Virus record (IMG/VR): IMGVR_UViG_3300036801_000104
Location: 911-64,910 of that record
Length of the DNA stretch: 64,000 bases
Strand: one strand, 5' to 3'
From: a virus
Lineage: Duplodnaviria > Caudoviricetes
Positions 1-10,500 of the stretch are shown here, in pieces (the first letter of the stretch is position 1; each line of letters opens with the position of its first letter). Below the pieces are notes generated by a model. It searched no databases. It had not been told where the DNA came from and saw only the letters and a program-made list of their open reading frames with translations. A program made the translations under genes and the position numbers.

Positions 1-1
1 C

Positions 2-445
2 GAGGCGGCAGAATGGTATGAGTTCGCGCATAACATGGAGACGCGGAAGATCGGCTTTGTCACCAACGACGAAGGCACAATCGGATGCAGCCCCGACCGC
101 CTCATCGGCGAATGGGGGTTGCTAGAGATCAAGTGTCCCGGCCCGCCAGGGCAGGTCGAATATCTGCTTACCGGGAAGCCGCATCGCGATCACCGCCCGC
201 AGCTACAGGGCCAACTATGGATTACCAAGCGGGAGTGGGTTGATATTTTATGCTGGCACGATGAGCTGCCGCGCATTGTCGTGCGCGCGGAGCGGGACGA
301 AACCTTTATCGCCAAGCTGCGCGCCGAGATGGAGAAGTTTAACGACTACATCAGCGGCGTGATGGACAAGATCGGCGCCGTCACCGGGGCGCCGAAAGCC
401 GCGCTCAAGGACATGCTGCGCGCCAGTCTGGAGGCTGTACCATAA
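2..445 (+). CDS. YqaJ/lambda-exonuclease family recombination nuclease, C-terminal part (continues from 63803..64000)
   Basis: Motifs GCSPDRL, LLEIKCP and QLQGQLW; the frame is open from base 2 (EAAEWYEF...). Confidence 0.9.
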   Translation, partial: EAAEWYEFAHNMETRKIGFVTNDEGTIGCSPDRLIGEWGLLEIKCPGPPGQVEYLLTGKPHRDHRPQLQGQLWITKREWVDILCWHDELPRIVVRAERDETFIAKLRAEMEKFNDYISGVMDKIGAVTGAPKAALKDMLRASLEAVP

Positions 446-724
446 ATGACCGACTGGAGATGTTTCCACTGCGACGAAATCTTTACCGATCCCGCAGACG
501 CCCGCCGGCATTTTGGGCAGGACTGTATGTCGGACGCTGCCTGTCAAATTAGTGTCGATGCGGTTCGCGAGATGGAAATGCTACTCGCCAGATATCGGGC
601 TGAGGATAGCGATAAAGACCGCGACATGTATCGTATGCAGGCCGAGCATACGGTTGCCGTGCGAGAGGCTGAGGAAAAAGGATACAGGCGTGGCCTGATT
701 GATCAGGTGTTTACCAATGGATGA
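446..724 (+). CDS. Hypothetical protein with an N-terminal C2H2-like zinc finger
   Basis: WRCFHC...RRHFG; abuts the previous stop codon. Confidence 0.65.
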   Translation: MTDWRCFHCDEIFTDPADARRHFGQDCMSDAACQISVDAVREMEMLLARYRAEDSDKDRDMYRMQAEHTVAVREAEEKGYRRGLIDQVFTNG

Positions 725-926
725 CCAACCGCAATTGATCAGATCTTACACGCTACAGGCGCAGATCACCTGTATTCGGCGTGAGCTGGCAATGAGGAAG
801 AACGTCTACCCAAAATGGGTAATGAGCGGCAGAATGAAGGCGGAGGCAGCCGACCACGAGATAAGCTGCCTCCAAGCCGTGCTTGATACGCTTTCCGCTC
901 TCGTACTGGAGAGGACGAAACCGTGA
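717..926 (+). CDS. Phage hypothetical protein
   Basis: CIRRELAMRKNVYPKWVxxGRM pattern, typical of small phage early genes; overlaps both neighbours. Confidence 0.7.
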   Translation: MDDQPQLIRSYTLQAQITCIRRELAMRKNVYPKWVMSGRMKAEAADHEISCLQAVLDTLSALVLERTKP

Positions 927-1192
927 ACTACCACGCGAAAATAGAGGTGGAATTCTCTGAAGACCCTTTTAGCCGCATACTAGCCATTGAAGACCTGGCC
1001 CTAGCCATGTGCAAGGAGGTTGGCGAAGACCCCGCCGACTGCATAATGATACTGCTAGCGGCTGCGGCTCATATCGGTCGGCAGCATTCAGTATATCCCC
1101 AAAAGACGCCAGACGCCTTGGCCAAATGTCTTGCCCAGGCAATCATTGCCGTAGAGCGCTTTTTCCCCAATGACCATCCCACCCCGCATTGA
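923..1192 (+). CDS. Hypothetical protein
   Basis: GTGA overlap with the upstream gene; GGAGAGG SD. Confidence 0.6.
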   Translation: MNYHAKIEVEFSEDPFSRILAIEDLALAMCKEVGEDPADCIMILLAAAAHIGRQHSVYPQKTPDALAKCLAQAIIAVERFFPNDHPTPH

Positions 1193-1568
1193 GCGCAAAG
1201 TCCCCAAGGGCAAGCGCCGCCCTGACCCGCGACGGGCACTGAAGCATCTGGCTTTCGTCCGGCTGTTGCCGTGCATGATTTGCGGGGGTCGCCCTGCGCA
1301 AGCCGCTCATGTTAGGAATGGAACGGACGGTGGCACTGGGTTGAAGCCGTCCGACAGATACTCCCTGCCGTTGTGCTTCGTTCATCATGACGCGCAACAC
1401 GCGGTGGGCGAGACGACATTCTGGGGGTTCTACAAGATCGATCCGCTTGACGCCGCGAGCCGGCTATGGACCGTATCGGGGAAGATCGAGGCGGGCGAGC
1501 GCATCGTGTTCCGCGCTAGGCAGGCTATCAATTTGCGAAGGACTACCGACGCCTTCCCACTATCCTAA
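1170..1568 (+). CDS. DUF968-like / HNH-like Zn-binding nuclease
   Basis: HLAFVRLLPCMICG...AAHVR...KPSD...PLCxxHHxxQH. Confidence 0.75.
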   Translation: MTIPPRIERKVPKGKRRPDPRRALKHLAFVRLLPCMICGGRPAQAAHVRNGTDGGTGLKPSDRYSLPLCFVHHDAQHAVGETTFWGFYKIDPLDAASRLWTVSGKIEAGERIVFRARQAINLRRTTDAFPLS

Positions 1569-1740
1569 TCCCGCCAGGCCCCAAACTCAGGGTTTTGGTT
1601 TCGCCGCCGACTGAAATGCAGCATTCGCCAGTTTCGTCGTCCGCCGCGACGATATCTCCCTCGACATCGGTATAATCGTCCAGGCGAACGATCTTCCACT
1701 GTCGCTTGTTTTCGGCGGAATCGTGTGATTCTAGCTTCAT
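1543..1740 (-). CDS. Hypothetical protein, last gene of the late operon
   Basis: ATGA overlap with the endolysin gene; converges on the early operon. Confidence 0.6.
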   Translation of the reverse strand: MKLESHDSAENKRQWKIVRLDDYTDVEGDIVAADDETGECCISVGGETKTLSLGPGGIRIVGRRR

Positions 1741-2291
1741 GGGGACACGCCAAGAGGCATGACGGCTCTCATCCTTCGTGGTGCAAAACTGGCTCTGCTC
1801 GTCAGCATTGCCGCTGCTTCCATCTGCGCCTCGACGATGGGGAGCGCGGCTTGAAACTTTAGAAGATATCGAGCCACCGCAGCCACCCAGGCCGCCGAGG
1901 GCATAGCGCCCGGCACAAGATTGTGCCAGCCGCCGTTATATGCCCTTGCGACATCCCACAGCGGCAGCGAGGTTGCATGGCGCGCATTGATGATGCCCCT
2001 GGCGCTATCGTCGATGTACGCGGTGCCGGACAGGATCGATGTCATCGGGTCGGTCTGCGGCCCCGCAGGGATGCCATAGAGCGAGGCCATCGATACGGCA
2101 GTCGCGGGGATGACCTGCATCAACCCATCCTGCCGCCCTGTTCCATTGACGACATAAGGTTGGTAGCCGCTCTCGATTTTCATTATGGTCATGATCCATG
2201 CGGGATCGAGATAGGACCACTTCGGGTGCATGACCAACACTTGGTTGACCATGGTCAGGTAAGTGCGCTGCGAGGCGGATAGGCCAGCCAT
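1737..2291 (-). CDS. SLT-domain lytic transglycosylase (probable endolysin)
   Basis: IES catalytic Glu, GLMQV, and AYNGG motifs. Confidence 0.88.
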   Translation of the reverse strand: MAGLSASQRTYLTMVNQVLVMHPKWSYLDPAWIMTIMKIESGYQPYVVNGTGRQDGLMQVIPATAVSMASLYGIPAGPQTDPMTSILSGTAYIDDSARGIINARHATSLPLWDVARAYNGGWHNLVPGAMPSAAWVAAVARYLLKFQAALPIVEAQMEAAAMLTSRASFAPRRMRAVMPLGVSP

Positions 2292-2294
2292 GTT

Positions 2295-2729
2295 TTATTC
2301 CGCCGCCAGCTGGTTGCCTGTAAGAGGAACAGGCCGCCCTTGGTCGTCGAAACGAAACGTCGATTCTGAGAAATCAAAGCCAGGCAACGCTTGCGCATGG
2401 GGAGCCGTAATCGGGTGCCGGCGCCGCGCATTTGGCGTCACGACTGGGCCGCCTGGTTCCGCGGTGCTGGGAGGAGCTGGCGTTATCACCGGCCCTGACG
2501 GTGACGGGGAGACCACTACCGGGGGCGGCTGTGTCATCACCGGGGGCGGCAGCACCGTCATCGGGGCAGCCGATATCGCGGCTAGGGCAGCCTCAAGCTG
2601 ATGGAGGTTCATGGCGTCTTGCGAGACGACCGGGACACAGGCGGCGACGGTTGGACCACTGCCCGACGCGCCGATGCCGCCCGCACAACCCGCGAGCGCC
2701 ACCAGACAGAACGGAATGAGCGTTTTCAT
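2295..2729 (-). CDS. Proline-rich lipoprotein (possible spanin-like)
   Basis: Lipobox LAGC after a short hydrophobic leader; next to the endolysin. Confidence 0.6.
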   Translation of the reverse strand: MKTLIPFCLVALAGCAGGIGASGSGPTVAACVPVVSQDAMNLHQLEAALAAISAAPMTVLPPPVMTQPPPVVVSPSPSGPVITPAPPSTAEPGGPVVTPNARRRHPITAPHAQALPGFDFSESTFRFDDQGRPVPLTGNQLAAE

Positions 2730-3010
2730 GGGTACGGATACCGTGGGTAATACGATGGCATCAGCGCCACCGCAGGAGGCTGTGGGATGGCCAATCCCGA
2801 AGCGAGGGGGGTTAGGCTCGTCGCCGCCGTTAAGGCCGCCGCAGCGCCCGCTAGAGCGCCTGGGCCGGCCCCCATGCCGCCGACGGCAGCGCCCATCAGC
2901 GCTCCGACGGCAGCGCCTTCCCCCACGCTGATAACGAGGGCGTTAAGCGCAGGGTCAGAGGCACAGCCGGCAAGCCCCAGTACGATGGCCAGGGCCGCCG
3001 GCTTGTTCAT
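2726..3010 (-). CDS. Lipoprotein with a glycine-zipper-like hydrophobic segment
   Basis: MNKPAALAIVLGLAGC lipobox; GAAVGALMGAAVGG. Confidence 0.6.
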   Translation of the reverse strand: MNKPAALAIVLGLAGCASDPALNALVISVGEGAAVGALMGAAVGGMGAGPGALAGAAAALTAATSLTPLASGLAIPQPPAVALMPSYYPRYPYP

Positions 3011-3014
3011 GCTT

Positions 3015-3335
3015 TTATGAGATAACTGCCGTGGTTTCATTAAAAGCACCAGCTTCGGCCACCGGTGCCGCGCTGCAAATGACCGCTATCGGAGCGACGA
3101 CAGCCGGGCCAGCATCGGGGGGAGCGCTGGTTCCCGTATAGGACACGTTCGCCGTGCCGTTGCTGACATATGTCACCGTCCAGGTGACCATGTCGGCGGC
3201 AAGCGATGCCGTTGCGACCGCGGGATTGTCGCTCGCCACTGCGCCGTCAGCCGGCGGTGTGGGCTCGTCAAACGTCAATACGCCAACCGCGGTCTGTCCA
3301 GTTCCATCGGGGCGGGGAGTCAGATTGATCGCCAT
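3015..3335 (-). CDS. Small beta-rich (Ig-like) hypothetical protein
   Basis: SDNPAVATA...GTANVS resembles Big_2-type Ig domains. Confidence 0.55.
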   Translation of the reverse strand: MAINLTPRPDGTGQTAVGVLTFDEPTPPADGAVASDNPAVATASLAADMVTWTVTYVSNGTANVSYTGTSAPPDAGPAVVAPIAVICSAAPVAEAGAFNETTAVIS

Positions 3336-3336
3336 G

Positions 3337-3765
3337 TTACGATACCTTTGCAGTTTGAGGGTTAAAATCTCCCGTCTCGGGAGTCGCAGCCTGGAACTGC
3401 GAGATGGCAGCTTCCAGGTTTGCTCTTTCGGCCCTGAGTTCGTCCAACAACGTGGGAATCAAGGGCAACACGTCTAAATTTGGATAGCCGTTCGCGAGCA
3501 ACCGTCTGCGCGCGGCGACCACCGCATCGAGCGCATCTACAACGGCCTGAAGCAGGATGCGTCGAGACTCGCGGCCCTCATACGCAGCCTGGAACCGTGC
3601 CTGCAATTCGGGCGACTGGAGGATTGTTGGCATCGCCGGATCAGAGGACGGGGTCGTTGATGCCGCCAGAAGACGGACCAACCCCGCGATCTGTGGATCT
3701 ATCACGGCAAGAGCCGCCATCAGCTCGGCCCGCAGAATTGGGTTGGGATCGTTTGGGTCTGCCAT
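3337..3765 (-). CDS. Hypothetical helical protein
   Basis: ORF packed in the late operon. Confidence 0.6.
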   Translation of the reverse strand: MADPNDPNPILRAELMAALAVIDPQIAGLVRLLAASTTPSSDPAMPTILQSPELQARFQAAYEGRESRRILLQAVVDALDAVVAARRRLLANGYPNLDVLPLIPTLLDELRAERANLEAAISQFQAATPETGDFNPQTAKVS

Positions 3766-3773
3766 ATGCTAAC

Positions 3774-3959
3774 TCATCTCAGCAGGGGGTGGCCGGCGTA
3801 AGGCAATAGGAAGCTGATCAGCACTAAAAGCAAAACGATTGCCAGCACGACTTGCGCGATGAGCGCAAAGGGAGGCGGAAGTGGGATCAGGGTTATGATC
3901 CAATACACCAACCCAAAAACCAACAGCACTATCAAAATGGTAATCAACAGCTCGATCAT
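3774..3959 (-). CDS. Two-TM small membrane protein (Thivi_2564-like; holin candidate)
   Basis: Two TM helices joined by IPLPPPF; AAGGA SD. Confidence 0.65.
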   Translation of the reverse strand: MIELLITILIVLLVFGLVYWIITLIPLPPPFALIAQVVLAIVLLLVLISFLLPYAGHPLLR

Positions 3960-3976
3960 TTGAGTTCCGTTCCTTT

Positions 3977-4153
3977 TTAGGAAGCATCGAGATTGAGGGC
4001 GATGTTGATCTCATCTCCGGCCAGCAACAGCTGGGCGTACTCTTGTTTGTGAGCCGCCCGCATTAAAGCGTGAGCAAGGTTATTTGCCCGCACCTCGAAC
4101 GGCTCGTCGATGGTGGACCCGTCGGCCAGGACGGTTACGGTGTATGTGTCCAT
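3977..4153 (-). CDS. Hypothetical 58-aa protein (MDTYTVTV...), not in the ORF track
   Basis: Translated by hand; GAGGG SD; fills the operon gap. Confidence 0.55.
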   Translation of the reverse strand: MDTYTVTVLADGSTIDEPFEVRANNLAHALMRAAHKQEYAQLLLAGDEINIALNLDAS

Positions 4154-4165
4154 GAGATTCCCTCA

Positions 4166-4450
4166 TCAAGGCTGTAGTTTAGGAGGAGGATTACGGCGCC
4201 CGTCGCCTTTTATGCTGCGATATTGATCACGCCAAAACTCGCTCTCACGCATGAGATCGCTAACCTGATTTTTCAGTTCCACGATCTGGCCCCGCAGGCC
4301 AGCTACCTCCGTTCGCAACTCAATAACGACTGAGGACAATTCAGTAGCACGCCTCGCCGGGACGAATGTACTTGAGGTCAGGTATCCGCGAAGCAAAGCC
4401 CCCAGAGCCAACAGCACGGAAACCGTGGCTATCCAGTCACCCCTCTCCAT
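4166..4450 (-). CDS. N-terminal TM plus coiled-coil protein (lysis-associated candidate)
   Basis: One TM followed by heptad repeats. Confidence 0.6.
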   Translation of the reverse strand: MERGDWIATVSVLLALGALLRGYLTSSTFVPARRATELSSVVIELRTEVAGLRGQIVELKNQVSDLMRESEFWRDQYRSIKGDGRRNPPPKLQP

Positions 4451-4895
4451 TGGGTTCCCGCCCCCGCCAAATAATTGCGTTCCAATAGATACCGAATAGT
4501 ATGCCAGAGGGGAGCTGATCGGCGAGAATATGATCCCACGGCATCGGAGTATGGTCGAGGTATGCGCCGCTCCACGCGGCAGATAGCCCGCCGATCGCCA
4601 TTACGCCCAAGCAAAAAAGCTGTGGCATAAAGAGCAACAAACGAATCCGGCCGAGCCGGAACAGGGCGCCGATTAATGCCAAAATTGCCGCGCTGATCAT
4701 AATGGCAGCCACGAGACGGCCGCCATATCCATGCGAGCCCAGAGCCGAAAACACGATCTGCAACGACATAAGGTTGGTCGCGCCTCCCGCCGACGACGAA
4801 TGAAGCAGGAGTCCCGCCTGCGCAATGTGCATGACCGATACGGCCACGATATCGACTGATCCTCTCCGCGAAAATGGGCGAGGCACTAATTTCAT
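4437..4895 (-). CDS. Four-TM membrane protein
   Basis: Four hydrophobic segments. Confidence 0.6.
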   Translation of the reverse strand: MKLVPRPFSRRGSVDIVAVSVMHIAQAGLLLHSSSAGGATNLMSLQIVFSALGSHGYGGRLVAAIMISAAILALIGALFRLGRIRLLLFMPQLFCLGVMAIGGLSAAWSGAYLDHTPMPWDHILADQLPSGILFGIYWNAIIWRGREPNGEG

Positions 4896-4911
4896 CAGCC
4901 TTCGGAGCTCG

Positions 4912-5649
4912 CTATGCTTCCCGGAAAAGATTTGCGCCGATCGTCGCCCGCACCTGGGGATCGCTGAGTTTCCAGACCCGCGCGCTATAAACGAAATGAA
5001 TCATTCCGATTCCGGCACGTATCGCGAGGATCTGCGGGACAACCTGCGCCGATAGAGGGCCATTGCGCAGCACCAGCCAAATGGCCCCAATCGCGAGCAC
5101 GAGCGGAATAAACCCCCAACGCCACCCGGAAGCCTGACTAGACAAGCCCATGTCAGTCAGCCAGTGATTGAATGAGAAGACGCCGAATGAAAGTGCGTGA
5201 GTCCTCGGTCCCTCACCAAAGAAGGGCAGCAGGCCGATCGAGAATGCCGTGAACAGCACGCAGCCCAGCGCCCGCCAAAAGTGCGCCGTAGGACTACCGG
5301 GCCGGTGATAGAGGCACGATACGCCGAATATCTGCATCCCGAAGTGCCAAATGTTCCAGGCGAAGTAGATGCTGAACACCATCTGCCATGGCGCGAGGAG
5401 GCAGCCCGCCACTAGCCCGATCGGCAACGCGATGTGCATCCCCCATTCCCGCGAGACGATGCGGCGCAAGCCCGGCTTCGTCCACGCCAGGATCATCGGC
5501 GAGATGACATGGCCAGTTTCCAGGATCATGATCGTGATCGCCATGTACCAGATACCTGGACCCGGCACGAACAACATCAACGCAATGCCGATCGGCAGGC
5601 CGCTCAATAACCAGAACCCATCCCACCACGGATTGCGAACCCAAGACAT
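4912..5649 (-). CDS. Polytopic membrane protein with four spaced His motifs
   Basis: About 7-8 TMs; TGHV, WHFGMQ, NHW and IHF motifs. Confidence 0.65.
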   Translation of the reverse strand: MSWVRNPWWDGFWLLSGLPIGIALMLFVPGPGIWYMAITIMILETGHVISPMILAWTKPGLRRIVSREWGMHIALPIGLVAGCLLAPWQMVFSIYFAWNIWHFGMQIFGVSCLYHRPGSPTAHFWRALGCVLFTAFSIGLLPFFGEGPRTHALSFGVFSFNHWLTDMGLSSQASGWRWGFIPLVLAIGAIWLVLRNGPLSAQVVPQILAIRAGIGMIHFVYSARVWKLSDPQVRATIGANLFREA

Positions 5650-7502
5650 TAATACCCACCGGGATCAGGATTGCCCGGCGTACTGCACGCGGTTATCTTC
5701 CAACTGGAACAGGACCAGATGTTAATGCTTTTCGTCCATGAGATCATGTCGCTAGGGAGCGTTTGGCCGTTACTGTTGCTCCCATTGTATACTCCCACGG
5801 GAGAATACAAAAACCGCATCCGCGAGGACGTGTCGCTAAGCTGCCATGTAAAATATTCGCCACCTGAACTCCCCGCGACCCAAGATACGCAGTTTTGGAA
5901 CACGTTGTTAATCCACATACATTTGACGATGTTGTTTGCCCCATCACTCGTAATCCGCATACCAATTTTAACGTATCCTTGGTCTACCCGGTAATTACCG
6001 CTCGTAGCTGCGTGCGGCGGAAACGAACCGAACCAATTCGACGAACCATTAATGTGTGAGCCAGACCACGTACCCCAAGCCGAAGCCCACGCTCCACCTG
6101 CGCCTAGATCACAGCAGAGTTCATTGGCATCGAACTCGAACCAATTATATGCGGTGGATGGCCCTTGGGGGGAACCGTCAAATTCGCCTTCCCAATGACC
6201 CTGTGAATATACTGGGTGTGAGTTATCGCCATTGAGCGGCCAACTCGAAACCCAAAGCGTGGACTCTGTGTAGCTGTTAGTCGGCACCTGAATGGCGGTT
6301 GATGGCGGTGGATAGCCACCACCACTCTGTATGCCATTGAAAAAATCAGTGCTTGCGGGGATTGAGTTCGTCCCAAGTTGTATTTTCAGGGCTTTAATCG
6401 CGCTAGGGTCAGCGCTGACCGTTGGGCATGGACCAGATACCGCACCCACATTCACGCCATGATAGAAAATTGGCGTGCTCGCCCCGGCGCAGTCGAGCCA
6501 GGTGTTCGGCTGTGCGGCGTTTACTCCAGGGGGTGCAGAACCGTTGACGAACACGCCGCCCGTGGGCGCAGTGAAATCTATACAAACCACGCAAGTGTTA
6601 AAGTTTGCAACGGACGCCTGCGCAGGAGGGGCGGGAGGCGCGCCGCTCGGCGCCAGTTGGTACGCCCGAACCCAATCGACCTGCATGACGGTCCCTGGGG
6701 GTATCGGGACGCCGTTGCTGCCACCTAAAGTGTTACCCGCTTGCTCTGGCGACCAATATAGATCAAAGAATAGACCAACGTCCCAGCCCGCAGAGAGCAG
6801 CTGCACCGGCCCGCTAAACGGGACACCGTCGAAGTACATCGTTACTGAGCCGTGCGCCGAACCGTCGTTCACCCACAGCAAGCCGTATTGATGGAATCCT
6901 AGCGTAACGTCCGCGCCCACGTCGGGGTCAGACATAAAGCTGAAGCCGGCATTGCCGTCAGCTTGGTATGGCCGCAGGTTGCGGTAATTGCACTCGCTCT
7001 TCCCAGACGCTATCGCCATCTCAGCGTACTTACCAACGGGGAGACCTCCTCCAGTCCAATTATCCCGCCCAAAGAATTCCACGTCGTACTCGCCGCTCGA
7101 ACAGGTCGGCAACTTAATGTTATAGACGAAGTAGCCATAGCGCTGCGAGAAGGCATGATTGCCGGTGCCGCCAGATGTAGTCCATGTATCTATGATAGTC
7201 CGAGTGTCCGGGACATTAGTGTCGATATTTATGGTCAAAATACCATTGTTAGTCGCGGCGTTTGCATTAGGACTTCCGCCGAAATGGTCAATATCCCATA
7301 CGCTTGTATTGAACGCTGAACTGAACTCATCTCCAAACGTTTGGACCCACTGCTGGCCTGAAGGCGGCGCGGGTAAAATAGTCTGCGGACTGCTGACGGT
7401 AACTGAGAGGGTCAGGGGGGCCGATACCGAAGCCGCCCATGCCACAGAAAGGGCAAGCAGAACAGCAAGGAGAGCCAGGCCGGCTATTCTCATTGATGTC
7501 AT
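5649..7502 (-). CDS. Secreted tandem GH16/concanavalin-A-like protein
   Basis: Signal peptide (...SVAWA); WVQTFGDEF, YGYFxxxIKLP, FHQYGLLW and MQVDWVRAYQ; second domain has EFDANE. Confidence 0.75.
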   Translation of the reverse strand: MTSMRIAGLALLAVLLALSVAWAASVSAPLTLSVTVSSPQTILPAPPSGQQWVQTFGDEFSSAFNTSVWDIDHFGGSPNANAATNNGILTINIDTNVPDTRTIIDTWTTSGGTGNHAFSQRYGYFVYNIKLPTCSSGEYDVEFFGRDNWTGGGLPVGKYAEMAIASGKSECNYRNLRPYQADGNAGFSFMSDPDVGADVTLGFHQYGLLWVNDGSAHGSVTMYFDGVPFSGPVQLLSAGWDVGLFFDLYWSPEQAGNTLGGSNGVPIPPGTVMQVDWVRAYQLAPSGAPPAPPAQASVANFNTCVVCIDFTAPTGGVFVNGSAPPGVNAAQPNTWLDCAGASTPIFYHGVNVGAVSGPCPTVSADPSAIKALKIQLGTNSIPASTDFFNGIQSGGGYPPPSTAIQVPTNSYTESTLWVSSWPLNGDNSHPVYSQGHWEGEFDGSPQGPSTAYNWFEFDANELCCDLGAGGAWASAWGTWSGSHINGSSNWFGSFPPHAATSGNYRVDQGYVKIGMRITSDGANNIVKCMWINNVFQNCVSWVAGSSGGEYFTWQLSDTSSRMRFLYSPVGVYNGSNSNGQTLPSDMISWTKSINIWSCSSWKITACSTPGNPDPGGY

Positions 7503-10500
7503 GGAATCGAGTTGACCGCCGTCGGCAGTCCCGGAATGACCACTGTCCGGTCCCAGTTGTTGATCGGCCGTTGGCTGTTATATCCGCCTAGCCGAGGGCC
7601 ATCCCATGCAGCCAGCGAATTGGCCACATTGTATCCAGCGATCTTTAGGCCAATAATTCTTTGCCCGCCATATTCCATATAATTGATCGATGAATATCCA
7701 ACACCGGTATTGGCGGTGTTGTCGTATGTCAAGCGCAGCTTCAGTGTATAGGCGTTCGTATTCGCGATGGCCACGCCGTTGCTGGTGTAGCCGGTAAACG
7801 CTTGGCCAGCTACCGGGCATTGCGACGGAAACGCGGTGTGATCGGCCGAAGTGCATTGTATATAAAAGGTGTGGTTCTGGCCGTTGACGTTGGTCACAGG
7901 ACCAATGATAGAGTAATAGCGGTTTCCAGCTAGCTGGTCGATCGGCCCAGGAGCAAAGAAGCCATGATATCCCGTCATCGCCATCACTTGATCGCCGACC
8001 GTGACGATATAGGTGCCGACCGACCACTGGCCGCCCGACAATAAGTTAATGGTAGGCACGATACCGAAATCCGAGGCATCTACACCATTGGCATAAAGCC
8101 CGGTGCTTCCCTGCTGCGAGGTCACAGAGCCATCGCCGCCATTGTTGATGGCCGAAGAGTAATAATAATCGAAGCAATAGTACGGCATCGCCCCCGTCAA
8201 TCGGCTGCCGCAGTTGCCCTCAATATTCCGCTGCCATTGCTTCATCCAGGTGCTGGCTAGAGGCTCATGCAGCCAGGTCAGCATGTTCCACGCCGAGTCG
8301 AAGAGGTAGGTCTCAATAAAAGGCTCGGCGGAAATTCCTTCATAATAGCCGGTTGGCTCGGTGATCGATGTGCTGTAGTTGGTGTTATTGGGGGCGGCCT
8401 GACTCGGGCCGTCCTTGAACCGCAGCCACATCGAATAGTAATGACGGTTTTCTGTTAGAATGTCGTTGTAATACGAGCGCTCGATATCGTTGTCGCCGCC
8501 AAACGCTGCTGGATACGTGACATCGCGCGTCATCCATGCTTGGCCGCGCCCCTGACAGCAGTCTATTAGAATGCCGTAATAGTGATAGGTGTTGCCATCG
8601 GTGAATTTGGCGTTGTTGTCGCGGTAATAGCCTTGGCCCAGCTCCGGACCTGGGCCGGCGCGCTGTTGAGCATAGTCGGCATTGCCACGAAGCCGCATCA
8701 TGTCAAGCCAATGACGGTCACCAAATATCTCATAAGTGATACTGTTGAATGACGGCATATGGCTAATGTAGGTGCCGCTCGTCCATTGGCCGGACGTGGC
8801 TGGGTAATTTGCATTAGGCAGGCTTGCCGGCGGCCCCACCATATTCACCGGACCAAGCCCCGAATATTCTGTTGTCGGCATCGGAGCGCCGAGACCGGCA
8901 TACGTGCCGCCCGTACCGTTGCCCCCAGGCCCGATGGGCGGGCCATTGTTGATCACCGGAATGCGGCCCGTCGCTTCATTGAGGAGCGTCGCATTCCCAT
9001 ATGTCATGTTCCCGAGCGTGAAGAGCCGGGCATAGTCCCAATTTGCTTCGCTGCCGTTTATGAAGGCTTGCGCCGCCCATTCGGAGATGATTCCTAGATC
9101 TGGCCTGTCGCCACCGCCAACGCCGCCGATCACATTGCCTATGGTATTGGGGTTGTAATAGGGCGTATTGCCAGTGCTAGGGTTAGGCGCATAGACATTA
9201 ACAGACTGCGCAAGATCCATTGGTATAATCAAACCAGTCTTTTCCCAATACAGCTTCTCTCCCGAAGTAAAAGCCGGATAAACCTTGCGCGTCACCCTGG
9301 TCGTGGTGCCGACGGGCGACCAGTTGTCCTGATTCGTTTGGTCGAGCAGCAGAACGCTGTTCCAGTGATAATGCTGGACGCGGAAGCCGAATGTTGTCGT
9401 GCCGGTGCCCTGCGATGCAGTCATAAACCGCACCGGCCCATAGGTGTAATTAGGCGACAGCACCAAGGACGATTTAGTCGACGCAGAACCAGAGGTAACG
9501 ATTCCTGTCGGAGCGACGTAATAGAGTTGGTTATTGTTCATCCCGGCGGGGCATGTGCCGGAGCAAGAAGGCCGCACAGCCATTCCGGCATACCATGAAT
9601 TGGCCCCGGTCGCCGTTGGAACGTCCATGCAATATGCATCGCCCCAGCCCCCATAGCACCCGGCGCTTGCGACAGGCTGGATCGGATTGCTGGCGCTAGA
9701 TATCGTCGCGTCCAACCCTGTCCAGTTTAGGACCGACGCCGCGCCGTCGAGGACTTCCGGCTTATACGATATGGACTGCGGATCGTTGGCAAAGCCCGCC
9801 GGCCCTATATTGCCGGCATTGCCCGTGCTGCCTCCCGCGACATTCATCCAGGCATTGTGAATCTCACATACCCACCTGACATCGCCCGGAGAGACCCCGT
9901 CCGAGGCTTGCGTAAAGATATCGATGTTGCACGCCGCATAAAGCAGCGGGTCTTTATTGCCGCTCGTCGCATAGACGAACATGCCGGAGACGACATACTC
10001 GTCATACACATTCCCGGCCCGAATGTGCCGCGGGGCGTCCCGTCCGACGTTCGCGATGTTGTCGCACACCCTAAAGGTCGCATCCCCCGAGTCGCGCACC
10101 GTGTCGGCTTGGTTGCGCACATCGGAGAGATGGATCTTGAGATCGTGCGCCGCGGGACCGCTGCACAGCACCGAGAGCGCCTGCTTAGAGGTCTCCGAAT
10201 AGCTTCCCGCGGTCGCGACGAACTCGACTTGATAGGTCGCTCCATTCGCCAGGCTGTTGGGCAGCCATGCCGACCACACCGCATGCCGCCACGAGCCGTT
10301 GCTGCCGTTCTCGCGCCAGGTGGAGATCTCATCCCATTGCTGGCCAGGCAACGGCGTATGCGTGGAGGCATCGCGGATCACGGGATTTTGGCCGGGCATG
10401 ATGTCGCCATAGCGGAACCCCTGGCCGAAGCTGATAGGCGTGCCTGCCGGGAGTGTCGCGCCGGAGAGATTTTGGAATGTGAAGGTCGTCAGGAGGCCCG

